64,000 nucleotides of DNA from Longimicrobiales bacterium (GTDB lineage Bacteria > Gemmatimonadota > Gemmatimonadetes > Longimicrobiales > Gaopeijiaceae): contig CAXXKM010000002.1 of assembly GCA_963664435.2 (NCBI GenBank), forward strand, positions 160,001-224,000. Reading direction: 5' to 3'. This document shows positions 53,034 to 61,756 of the stretch, piece by piece (the stretch's first letter is position 1; every line of letters begins with the position of its first letter). The notes beneath the pieces are model-generated. The model saw only the letters and a list, made by a program, of their open reading frames with translations. It was not told the origin of the DNA and did no database searches. The position numbers and the translations under genes were made by a program.

Positions 53034-54814
53034 TTCACAAAATACGCCTGCGAAACTGGCGATCCTACGAAGACCTCGACCTTCAGCTTGATCGGGGCAC
53101 GACATTTGTCGTGGCTCCCAACGGCGTGGGGAAAACGTCACTCGTGTACGGCCTCGCATGGGGTGTGTTTGGGCAACATAGCAGGGTCGACCCAAAAACC
53201 TGCATACGGGCGGCGGCGGCGAGTGCGGAAGTCGAGGTCGAGGTGGGTTTTCCCGACGGACGCCGGCTCACCATCAGACGAACTGCAAAGCGGCGAGGTG
53301 CTCCTACCGCTACATACGAAATGGGTGGGGCGAGGCTAACCGAGGGTGCAGCCCTGGCGAAAATGACGGAGGGATTTGGGATAGAACTCCCCGTGGCTGG
53401 TCGTTTGGCGATGATGCTGGGCGGGGGACACATCGAAGCTAGTCGCACTCTGAACCTCGAAGGCCACCTACATCATGCTTTCGGAGTTGCTCACCTTCTG
53501 GGTGCAGCCGAGACTGCACGGTCTGTTGCCAAGGAGGCTCAGAAGGCGCGAGCGGCCCTCCGGTTGACGACCAAGCAACGAATGGACAATCGCGCCGCAC
53601 TCGAGAGTGAGATCGCCCGTCTCGAATCAGAGATCAGCCAACTCACGCACCGTGGTGCCGACCTTGAGCGAATGCGGGACGCTGCTGCTATTCAAAGGTC
53701 GTTGGTCGAGCGGCACCTGGCGCTCGCGAATCAGTTCGAACGGTATGAGGGGCAACGCTCGCGCCTACTCGGCACGATCCAGGACCTGCTCGGCCGACGG
53801 GTCTCCCACGACAGCGACGAGTTAGTCCGTTCCGAGCTGCGGAGTGAGTTGGAAGCATCTGAACGCCGAATTCTCCAACTGACCGAGGGTGCTGTGTCGG
53901 CACGTTCTGCTATATCCGCTTCCAAACAGGCCGTTCGGTTGCTCGACGAACAACAGGCGACCTGTCCCACTTGCAGGCGTCCTCTTCCTCATCAGGAGTG
54001 GACCGCAGCGATATCTGCTCACAGGAGACAACAGGAAAAAGCAGAAGCGGAGGTAGAACGCCTTGAAGAGGCTCGCAGGGTGAGACAGACACACGCACTC
54101 ACGGTTTCTCGGGTGCTGGCCCGGCTAGAAGCGCTCCGGCCTCCTCGCATCCTCGTTGAGGACGACAGTCTCCCCACCCCTGCTGATGCTGACGCCCTGT
54201 ACCAACAGGCTAATGCTGATCTCGATGAACACAACCGGCGGCTTGGTGGAGTGCGTTCTCGTCTGGAATCTCTACGGACCAAGGTTGCTTCGGATGACCG
54301 GCTTCAGCAGGAGGAGCGAAGTCTTCGGTTGGCCTATCGGAGAGAGGCTGCCGCCCTTGCGGGAGAAAGGGTGTTGCGAGGGGCTGCTGATCACGTGATC
54401 GAGTCTCGCATCAAGCCGATGGCGAACGAGCTGCGAGGACGCTGGAAGCACCTGTTCACAAGCAATGGCCTCATCTTTAGGCCTGATGGGTCGATTACCA
54501 GGTTTCGGGCCGGGGAGGAGCTAGGATGGGATACGCTAAGCGGCGGTGAACAGACGTGGGCCAGAATCGTCACCCACTTGATCGTATTGAGTACTACGAC
54601 ATCCCTTCCCTTCGCATGGTTTGACGAACCGCTCGAACACCTTGACCCGCAGTTGCGTCATGCTGTCGCAGCAACCCTCGCCACAGCCACCGCTGGAGGT
54701 TCTCCCCGTCAACTCCTAGTTACGACCTACGAACACGCCATCGCGCAGCAGTTGGCTGATGACACGGATGGTGCTGGAATCATAGCCATACGGGAGTCCG
54801 GTGCCTCGCCATAG
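53030..54814 (+). CDS. Short Rad50/SbcC/SMC-like ABC ATPase with zinc hook
   Basis: IRLRNWRSY, Walker A APNGVGKTS, coiled coils, central CPTC, signature LSGGE, Walker B/D-loop WFDEPLEHLD. Confidence 0.9.
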   Translation: MIHKIRLRNWRSYEDLDLQLDRGTTFVVAPNGVGKTSLVYGLAWGVFGQHSRVDPKTCIRAAAASAEVEVEVGFPDGRRLTIRRTAKRRGAPTATYEMGGARLTEGAALAKMTEGFGIELPVAGRLAMMLGGGHIEASRTLNLEGHLHHAFGVAHLLGAAETARSVAKEAQKARAALRLTTKQRMDNRAALESEIARLESEISQLTHRGADLERMRDAAAIQRSLVERHLALANQFERYEGQRSRLLGTIQDLLGRRVSHDSDELVRSELRSELEASERRILQLTEGAVSARSAISASKQAVRLLDEQQATCPTCRRPLPHQEWTAAISAHRRQQEKAEAEVERLEEARRVRQTHALTVSRVLARLEALRPPRILVEDDSLPTPADADALYQQANADLDEHNRRLGGVRSRLESLRTKVASDDRLQQEERSLRLAYRREAAALAGERVLRGAADHVIESRIKPMANELRGRWKHLFTSNGLIFRPDGSITRFRAGEELGWDTLSGGEQTWARIVTHLIVLSTTTSLPFAWFDEPLEHLDPQLRHAVAATLATATAGGSPRQLLVTTYEHAIAQQLADDTDGAGIIAIRESGASP

Positions 54815-54920
54815 CACGAGTAATTCCGACAATGGTGTGGCGGGCCTGTTGCTAGCGGGCTGGCGAACGCGGATGCCCGGCGCGTATGTGTGGCCCGGGC
54901 TCGACCTGTCTCCGCCAAAG

Positions 54921-56300
54921 CTATTCTTGCTCTCCCGAGCGGCGCGCGATTTTGGCCATCAGGGCTTCGACTATCGCGTTCACTGTAGGGTCGTCTTCCA
55001 AGTCCCAGGACGCGAGTTCCGAATACCGAACATGTTGGATTGACAATGGGATGGGCTTCCCTTCAATGTGGGCCAAGAACGCGACTCTTCTGCCGTCCAG
55101 CACCCAGACCAGAGACAGCGCAACCGAAAACCCTCGGATTCCGCGTCCCGTGTAGCCCTTCCAATGGTAGTCTCTACGCAGCTCGATCTGCTGCTGGTCG
55201 CTCAACCGAAATCCCGGCGTCACCAAGCCCAGTTTGGTCTCTTCCCAATGTTCAATCTGGAGCAGGCTCCACGACCGCCTTACCGCGCGTTGCCCTACCG
55301 CCGCGTAGGACTCCCAAGTGCTTCCACTAAACAATCGACCTAACGATTCAAGCGCTCTATCCGCGCGGTCCAACGTCGGATTAACCCATCGCTGGAAAAC
55401 ATTATCCAGCACTTCGACATCCGCCACTCGCGGTTCACCACCCAAGTTCCGCCGGACGAAGAGTTCGACTTCCTTTTCGGCATCCCCGGCTTCGCGGATC
55501 GACTCTCCCTTCGCGACGCGAACCGCCAAGCCGATGGACCAAAAGACATTCTCAAGCATGAACCCTGCAAGCGGCTCCATCCGGCCCACATCGGCGTTCT
55601 GAAGCGCCCCGATATATCGGTCCCGCTCGGCGCTCTTGATCACCATCGGAGGCAAACCGGACCTCAGCAGGACGTAGTTGGTGAGCAGCCGCGCCGTACG
55701 TCCGTTTCCATCATCGAACGGATGAATCCGGAGGAAGCTCCAATGCGACTTGGCCAGGAAGAGGGGTAGGGGATCTGCGGTGCGCGCGAGATCCCGCTGG
55801 AAGTCCCGCGTCCAACGTTCCATCAACGCCGGCGTCTCCTCCGGCTCCGCGAATCGATGTAGTTCTCCGGTCGCAGTTCGCACGTGGTTCGGCTGCGTCT
55901 TGTACTCTCCCGGAACGATCCGCTTCCGGGTCTGCTGCCCGTCCGGAGTCTGCGCGATGTGCCAGAATGGCTCCTTCAGGAGAATCTTGTTCAGATCCCG
56001 GATGTCGCCCTCACCCAGAACGCGCTCGGCACTCGCCAGACTGCGCGTGTGGTCGATCGCTACATCGTGCGCCTTCATCTCCTCGTAGTGCCGCATCGGA
56101 TGCTCGCCAGCCGTTCGGCCATGGATGAGCAGCAGCTCGGTCTCGTGATAGGTGAGGGTGTTTCCCTCAATGTGATTGCTGTTGTAGTTCCACTCGAGGC
56201 GCAGCTTCCTCCACAGCCGCTCGTCATCTTCCTCACGCATGGTTGCCCGGCGTTCCCGCCATTCCGAGATCGCCGCCGCCAATGCCTCCGAGTCCATCAT
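54921..56300 (-). CDS. Fic-domain protein (class II-like) with unknown C-terminal domain
   Basis: HPFDDGNGRTAR Fic motif; N-terminal inhibitory motif SNHIEGN. Start approximate (56312/56300/56297). Confidence 0.92.
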   Translation of the reverse strand: MMDSEALAAAISEWRERRATMREEDDERLWRKLRLEWNYNSNHIEGNTLTYHETELLLIHGRTAGEHPMRHYEEMKAHDVAIDHTRSLASAERVLGEGDIRDLNKILLKEPFWHIAQTPDGQQTRKRIVPGEYKTQPNHVRTATGELHRFAEPEETPALMERWTRDFQRDLARTADPLPLFLAKSHWSFLRIHPFDDGNGRTARLLTNYVLLRSGLPPMVIKSAERDRYIGALQNADVGRMEPLAGFMLENVFWSIGLAVRVAKGESIREAGDAEKEVELFVRRNLGGEPRVADVEVLDNVFQRWVNPTLDRADRALESLGRLFSGSTWESYAAVGQRAVRRSWSLLQIEHWEETKLGLVTPGFRLSDQQQIELRRDYHWKGYTGRGIRGFSVALSLVWVLDGRRVAFLAHIEGKPIPLSIQHVRYSELASWDLEDDPTVNAIVEALMAKIARRSGEQE

Positions 56301-56409
56301 TCTCCCCTGCATGTTCCGCTGGCACCTGCCCGCCAGGCTCGTAGACCGTAGACCGTAAGGTATCGCGATGTCTCAACCTGGCCGCACGGGTTCCACGCCC
56401 TGCACCCCT

Positions 56410-57687
56410 TCACGGCCCCAAAACCCCCACCGGTATGACCCCCACGCCATCCGGCCGCTGGTAGCCATATCCGCTGCCGACGATGACGGCGAGTGCTGCC
56501 GGTTCACCGCTACCGGTCGTGTCCACACGATTCCCGAACTTGAGAAGCGCGGCTGCCGCTTCGTCGATTCGTCCCTGGCCCAGCGTCACTTCGAACGCGG
56601 CCCATCGGCCGGGACCGGCATCCACGATCGCGTCCACTTCGAGGCCCGTGTTGTCACGATAGTGGTATACGCGCCCGCCCATCGCCTGAGCGTACACGCG
56701 CAGGTCTCGAACGACCATGGACTCGAAGAGAAAACCGAACCACGGGATGTCCTTCATGAGGTTCCCGGGTCCGGCATTCAGCGCCGCCGTCGCGAGGGAT
56801 GGATCCGTGAAGTGTCGTTTCGGGGAGCGTCTGAGGCGTGATCGGGACCGAAGATGAGGGGCCCACGGTGGCTGCTGCTCAACCACCATGAGGCGTTCGA
56901 GCGCTGCGAGGTAGGAACGGGCAGTCTCCTTCGTGAGCGAATGGTCGGTGCCGCCTGCATCTCTCGCCATGGTCGCGACCGACGTGCAGGTAGCCGTGTT
57001 TCGCGCCAGCGTCTGGAGGAACCGGCCAACTCTCTCCGGATCCCTCACGATCCCGTCCACCCGCCTGATGTCCACCCGGCGGATTTCGTCCAGGTAGTCG
57101 CGGTTGGCCAGCAATGCGCCTTCCTCGGCCTTCCGGCGAAAATGCCCGGGCCAGCCACCGACGCAAATCAGCGTGGCCAAGTCCCGAAGGGGCAGGTCGT
57201 GAACCAGGCTGGGTACGGGCTCTCCGTCGAGGATTCGCTTCAAGGAGACCTGTCCCGTTGCGCGCCCGAGCTCGAACAGCGACATGGGACGGAGCCGAAG
57301 GCGGCTCATCCGGCCGGCTCCCGTATGCCGCGGGATGTCATCGGGTGGAACGGCTGAGCCGGTGAGGATGAAGTGGCCCAAGCCCGGGCGATCATCGACG
57401 GCGCGTCGCACGTAGTTCCAGATGTCGGGCTCGGCCTGCCACTCATCGATCAATCGCGGAGTCGCTCCTTCCAGGAGCAACCTCGGGTCGACAGCCATGG
57501 TCTGGGGCACGGCCGGATCGGCATCCATGAGCACTTCGCTCGCCGCCGCCTGCCGGGCCGTCGTGGTCTTGCCGCAGACCCTCGGCCCCTCGATCACGAC
57601 AGCTCCCGCTGCCGCGAGCCTTTCGGTCAATTCACGGTCAGCAATGCGGGGACGATAGCCTGACACGGATGTGGGATCGGGTGTCAT
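56410..57687 (-). CDS. AAA+ ATPase (AAA_14) with DUF4143 domain
   Basis: YRPRIAD, EGPRVCGKTT, LIDEWQ, FILTGS, HTGAGR, GGWP, GFLFES, EVDAIV. Start ATG 57687. Confidence 0.9.
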   Translation of the reverse strand: MTPDPTSVSGYRPRIADRELTERLAAAGAVVIEGPRVCGKTTTARQAAASEVLMDADPAVPQTMAVDPRLLLEGATPRLIDEWQAEPDIWNYVRRAVDDRPGLGHFILTGSAVPPDDIPRHTGAGRMSRLRLRPMSLFELGRATGQVSLKRILDGEPVPSLVHDLPLRDLATLICVGGWPGHFRRKAEEGALLANRDYLDEIRRVDIRRVDGIVRDPERVGRFLQTLARNTATCTSVATMARDAGGTDHSLTKETARSYLAALERLMVVEQQPPWAPHLRSRSRLRRSPKRHFTDPSLATAALNAGPGNLMKDIPWFGFLFESMVVRDLRVYAQAMGGRVYHYRDNTGLEVDAIVDAGPGRWAAFEVTLGQGRIDEAAAALLKFGNRVDTTGSGEPAALAVIVGSGYGYQRPDGVGVIPVGVLGP

Positions 57688-57694
57688 GTAGGGG

Positions 57695-57723
57695 AGTATG
57701 GCAGATCGAGCGTGGTTTTGCAA
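57695..57723 (-). promoter_or_regulatory. Sigma70-type promoter of the AAA-DUF4143 gene, probably leaderless
   Basis: Minus strand TTGCAA, 17-bp spacer, TGn-CATACT; ATG lies 7 nt after the -10; no SD. Confidence 0.6.
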
Positions 57724-57816
57724 CGATATCAGCCGTCTGTTTGCAACCTATAAGACGGTCTGTTTGCAACGCACTTGATCGTGCGTTCGCAACTTCATCA
57801 GCCATGGATTTGCAAT
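57717..57816. repeat. Five TTTGCAAC-like cores at an exact 23-bp period
   Basis: Cores start at 57717, 57740, 57763, 57786 (TTCGCAAC) and 57809 (TTTGCAAT), with partly similar 15-bp spacers. Confidence 0.85.
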
Positions 57817-57897
57817 TTGCCTGTTTGACGACCCCCCGCTGCCGCCTTGGCGATCGACCGCCATGCAGCTCCCGATCCACTCCGATCCCTCCGGGCG

Positions 57898-60800
57898 CTA
57901 CCCGCCAGCGAGGCGCCCCGCTGCGGCCAGCGCGCGGCGGACGAGGTTTCGCTCGATGGTTGCGGTGGGGGAGGGATCACCGGCGAGCGAATCGGCGCGG
58001 GCGCGCAGTGAGGCGACCGCTTCAGCATCGGCAGAATCGGTGTCGGACCCACCGCTGGCGCCCGCCCCCACGACCCCGAGCAGGAACCGCACCAGCTGCT
58101 CGTCCGGATCGAAGGGACGGCCCTGACCGAGCGATTCCGGCCATTCGAGCGCGGTTTCCAGGTGGCCGCGGGCGGCCGTGCGGCTCCCTTCATCGACTTC
58201 GTCGAGCGCGGCTCCGACATGCGCCAACTCGTAGAGGCGGTGGCTCTCGCGGGCGTTCTCCGAGGGAAGGACGTGCGTGTCCGCCAGGATCCGGATCGCC
58301 TCGCCGTGGTCGCCCGCCTGAAGAAGCGAGCGCACGTGCAGGAGATCGAGGTTGAAGTCGCCCGGGAAGAGCTCCCGACCCCGGCCGGACGCTTCGAGCG
58401 CCTCCGCCCAGCGTCCCGCTTCCTGCAGGTGCCGGACGAGGGCAACGTGGAGCAGACGGCTGCCGGGAGCCACCGCGACCGCGCGCCGGAAGTCGGGCCC
58501 CGGGTCGCCGTCCATCGCCCCCGTCAGGTGCGCGCGCGCCGCATACGCGGGTCCGTAGTCGGGCTCGTCGCCGAGGGTGGCCAGCACCTCGGCCGCCTCG
58601 GCATCGCGGTCGAGCGCCCACAGGTTCAGGCCCAGCAGGTAGCGCCAGCCCCAGTGCGGATCCTCGCCGGCTGCCCAGCGCAGGACTGGCAAGGTCTCGG
58701 CTCGGAAGGGAAAGGCGAAATTGGGATCCACCCCCGCGCTCAGCATGCCGGCATCGTCGACCAGGAAGGCGTGCCACGCCGCAGCCACGGGGCCGCCGTC
58801 CACCTCGTCCGCCAGCTCCAGCAGGTGCGCGGCATCGCTTGGCAGTCCCCGGTTCGCGTAGCTCACGGCGAGCTCCAGCAGCGTCTGCCCCGGGTACTCG
58901 CTCCGCATCGACGCGGTGAGGCGGGCAGCGGCGGACCCGCCCGCGGCCTCGGCGTCCCCGGATCCTTCGCCACGCGCCGCGAGATACCGCTCCGCCAGCG
59001 CGAAATGGTTGAGCGGGTCCAGCTCCAGCAGCTCCGCCAGCACGCCCGCCGCGCCGGCATCGTCCCCCTCCAGACGGGCCGCGATCGCCAGCACCTCGCG
59101 TGCGGGAATGCTTGCCCGGTCATGGTCGAGCGCCAGCCCGGCGTTGCGGCGCGCCTCCGCCAGGTCCCCGCCGTCGAGCGCCAGCTCCGCCAGCCGAATC
59201 CGGGCAGCGGCCCGGAAGGCCACCGAGCGGGCGGCCCAGCCGAACGCGTCGAACGCGTCGGCGCGGCGGCCGAGGGCGCGATACAGGTTCCCCGCGAGGA
59301 AGTTGGCCTCCGGGCCGTAGGTGTCCAGCTGGAGCGCGCGCCGCACGTGGTCGAGGCCCTCCTCGTAGCGGGCCGACCTCAGTGCCAGCGCGCCCAGGCC
59401 CAGCAGTGCCGCCCGGTTCCACGGTTCGGCCGCGAGCGCCTGGCCGTAGAGCGCCCGCGCCTCAGGGTAGCGGCGACCCCGCGCCAGCTCCCGCGCCTCG
59501 AACACGAGCCGATCCGTCTCCGGGAGCGCGTCCCACGCTTCGGCGCTCGTCGCAAATGGCCGGGACACGACGCGATCGCCATCGAGACCGCAAATGCCAC
59601 CGAGGCCGGCCTCGCCCGGGTTGGAACATCCCTCCAGCCCCAGTCCGGGCACCGAAACCCGCCACGGGCTGTCGGGCGCCACATCAACCTCGACCACCAC
59701 CGGCTCGAGCGGTTCGAGCGCCACGGTCCGCGCCGCGACCTGCTCACCGCCGGACCATGCCTTTACCGTGTCGGCACCAGCCCCGAACGCCTGGACCACC
59801 ACCCGAAGGCCGCCATCCTCCTGTTCAACGTGCAAGGCGCCGTAGGGGGAGGCGTCGGTGAGACCGCCCGTGCCCTCGAGCGGGAACCACACCTCGGTCC
59901 AACGGCTGGCCGAGAGCGGGTCGAACGCGGCCTGAGAGATGGGGTTGCGGTCGGCCCCGGGCTGGTACTGCACGTGCAGTCGGCCCGCCTGGAACTCGAC
60001 GTACTGCCCGTCGGTGTCGGTGAGCAGGTCCTCCCAGATGCCGCCTTCGCGCGACAGCGCCCACAGCCACATCTTGCGTCCGGGCATGTCCTCATGGCGG
60101 GCCCAATGTCCCCAGCCGTACTCCTCCTCGTGATAATAGCCGCCGAAGAAGTCGTTCAGCGCGCCCACCACGTGGTAGGACTTGCTTCCCCCGAACGCGT
60201 TGTTGCGGTAGAGGGGCAGGAAGCGCCCATCCTCGTCCACGGGCCACGGGCGCACCCGACCGGAGTGCTCCAGGTAGGCGTTGCCGGGCACGAACAGCTC
60301 CAGGTCGTCCTGGGCGAACGCCGCGGCTGTCATCCAGTTGTAGTAGGGCTGTTCCAGTGGGGTCGGGTTATGCCACAGAACACGCGTCTCGAAGGCGGCA
60401 CGGTCCGCAGGCAGGCGGATCTCGACGCGCCACGGGGTGCGCGACGGGAGGTCCGTGGCGCCGACGATGGTGCTCACGCTCCCGTCCGGGTTCTCCCGCA
60501 CCACATAGTCGACAGGCGTGGCGGTGGCCGGCGTGTGCCCGATCACCCCGAAGTTGAACTCGATACCGCCCGAGGTCCACGGCCCGCGCAGGGCGATGTC
60601 CCGGAATTTCATCACTTCGTTCCGGTAGATGAACTCGTGGCCGGTCGCCTTCACCACGGCGCCCCACACCTTGCCGCCCACTTCGGGAAGGACGAAGACC
60701 TCGATGAGATCGTTCTCCATCCTCACGACCTTCCATTCCCGGGGCTCCGGCGTCGCCGCGTATCCCTCGAAGGAGTGGTACGGGTACAGCCTCCGGTCGG

Positions 60801-60981
60801 TGGCGAGCACCGGCACCGGATTCGGGTCCGAGAACGGGTAGGTATCGAGGACGCGCTCTTCCTCCGAGATCCGGGCGCGGGGCCCGGGGGCGCACGAGGC
60901 GACGGTCAGGACGGCGCACAGAAACGCCGCTGAGACCAGCCCGCAAGATGTCGCGGCTGTTCGCCGATCGTGTGGTCTCAT
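57898..60981 (-). CDS. DUF5107-domain lipoprotein with TPR repeats
   Basis: Lipobox VASC; MENDLIEVFVLPEVGGKVW, WTSGGIEFNF, YYNWMTAA, GRKMWLW, YVEFQAG; C-terminal TPR-like helices. Confidence 0.85.
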   Translation of the reverse strand: MRPHDRRTAATSCGLVSAAFLCAVLTVASCAPGPRARISEEERVLDTYPFSDPNPVPVLATDRRLYPYHSFEGYAATPEPREWKVVRMENDLIEVFVLPEVGGKVWGAVVKATGHEFIYRNEVMKFRDIALRGPWTSGGIEFNFGVIGHTPATATPVDYVVRENPDGSVSTIVGATDLPSRTPWRVEIRLPADRAAFETRVLWHNPTPLEQPYYNWMTAAAFAQDDLELFVPGNAYLEHSGRVRPWPVDEDGRFLPLYRNNAFGGSKSYHVVGALNDFFGGYYHEEEYGWGHWARHEDMPGRKMWLWALSREGGIWEDLLTDTDGQYVEFQAGRLHVQYQPGADRNPISQAAFDPLSASRWTEVWFPLEGTGGLTDASPYGALHVEQEDGGLRVVVQAFGAGADTVKAWSGGEQVAARTVALEPLEPVVVEVDVAPDSPWRVSVPGLGLEGCSNPGEAGLGGICGLDGDRVVSRPFATSAEAWDALPETDRLVFEARELARGRRYPEARALYGQALAAEPWNRAALLGLGALALRSARYEEGLDHVRRALQLDTYGPEANFLAGNLYRALGRRADAFDAFGWAARSVAFRAAARIRLAELALDGGDLAEARRNAGLALDHDRASIPAREVLAIAARLEGDDAGAAGVLAELLELDPLNHFALAERYLAARGEGSGDAEAAGGSAAARLTASMRSEYPGQTLLELAVSYANRGLPSDAAHLLELADEVDGGPVAAAWHAFLVDDAGMLSAGVDPNFAFPFRAETLPVLRWAAGEDPHWGWRYLLGLNLWALDRDAEAAEVLATLGDEPDYGPAYAARAHLTGAMDGDPGPDFRRAVAVAPGSRLLHVALVRHLQEAGRWAEALEASGRGRELFPGDFNLDLLHVRSLLQAGDHGEAIRILADTHVLPSENARESHRLYELAHVGAALDEVDEGSRTAARGHLETALEWPESLGQGRPFDPDEQLVRFLLGVVGAGASGGSDTDSADAEAVASLRARADSLAGDPSPTATIERNLVRRALAAAGRLAGG

Positions 60982-61287
60982 CTAGGCGACCGCGTGCCGA
61001 GGCGTGACCTGTTCGGCGATCTCGCGACCCGCCTCGATCTCCGTTCGGCGAAGCTCCCAGGTCTTCTGCAGGTTCAGCCAGAGTTGCGGAGTCGTCCCGA
61101 AATATCTCGCCAGCCGCAAGGCCGTGTCGGCGGTCACGCCCCGCTGCCCGTTCAGAATCATTGTCACCCGGTTGACCGGCACGCCGAGCGCCTTCGAAAG
61201 CGCATTGGCCGACAGCCCCAGTTCGTCGAGTTCCTCGCGCAGGACTTCGCCCGGATGTACCGGCCTCATGCCGTTCCTCGCATTCAT
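60982..61287 (-). CDS. higA: HigA family antitoxin (HTH)
   Basis: PVHPGEVLREE, LSKALGVPVNRV, VTADTALRLARYFGTTPQLWLNLQ. Confidence 0.92.
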   Translation of the reverse strand: MNARNGMRPVHPGEVLREELDELGLSANALSKALGVPVNRVTMILNGQRGVTADTALRLARYFGTTPQLWLNLQKTWELRRTEIEAGREIAEQVTPRHAVA

Positions 61288-61298
61288 GCCACGTTCCC

Positions 61299-61577
61299 TC
61301 AATGATAATCCACGATCTCGACCTCGCTCGGCCCTTCGTCGGTCCAGCGGAAGCAGATACGCCATTGCGCGTTGATCCGAATGCTGTGCTGCCCGGCGCG
61401 GCCGCCTCGGAGTATCTCCAGCCGGTTACTCGGCAGCGCGGCCAAGTCGCCCAGCGTCTCCGCGCTGTCCAGCAGTGTCAGTCGGCGGACCGCCTGATCG
61501 GAGAACCCGTGAAACGCCGGGATACGCCGTCCCTCGAAGAAACGCCTCGTTTTCCGGTCCTTGAAGCTTCGGATCAT
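61299..61577 (-). CDS. higB: HigB (RelE/ParE family) toxin
   Basis: MIRSFKD, LPSNRLEIL.G.RAGQHSIRINAQWRICFRW...VEIVDYH; toxin-first gene order. Confidence 0.93.
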   Translation of the reverse strand: MIRSFKDRKTRRFFEGRRIPAFHGFSDQAVRRLTLLDSAETLGDLAALPSNRLEILRGGRAGQHSIRINAQWRICFRWTDEGPSEVEIVDYH

Positions 61578-61585
61578 GTGACCCG

Positions 61586-61614
61586 AATGTACGCCGTATT
61601 ACGGATCCCGTAAA
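61586..61614 (-). promoter_or_regulatory. higBA promoter with overlapping palindromic operators
   Basis: Minus strand TTTACG, 17-bp spacer, TACATT, 8 nt before ATG; palindromes TTACGG-ATC-CCGTAA (61599-61613) and TACG-C-CGTA (61590-61598). Confidence 0.6.
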
Positions 61615-61756
61615 GGCTGGTTTGCCGCCTGACCGTGGGCCGACGACGAGGCCAGTGAGGCGCGGCGCCTACCCGCCAGCGTCCCGCAGCATGGGTGCGC
61701 GCTCATCGGTGACCCGCCCTGCCGTCCCAATCCAGCGGGTTGTCGTCCGGACCCCC

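Larger units (their letters stand above)
48960..57890. mobile_element. Putative horizontally acquired (defence-type) island; no integrase or att site seen
   Basis: GC spot counts of 32/60 (line 51961) and 34/60 (line 53041) versus 42/60 in leuS (line 45001); many A/T-ending codons; conflict-type gene content. Boundaries approximate. Confidence 0.55.

Noticed and set aside
53030..54814. Calling the ATPase housekeeping sbcC, recN or smc, or a canonical Lamassu/Wadjet system
   Set aside because: No sbcD, no hinge domain, no jetABD, no recognisable Lamassu effector; island context. Left without a gene symbol.
56340..56357. CGTAGAC x2.5 tandem repeat upstream of fic
   Set aside because: Too short to distinguish from chance; no promoter with valid spacing.
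57717..57816. 23-bp periodic array as a mini-CRISPR
   Set aside because: The 8-bp cores and 15-bp mutually similar spacers are far too short, and there are no cas genes; kept as an operator-like array.
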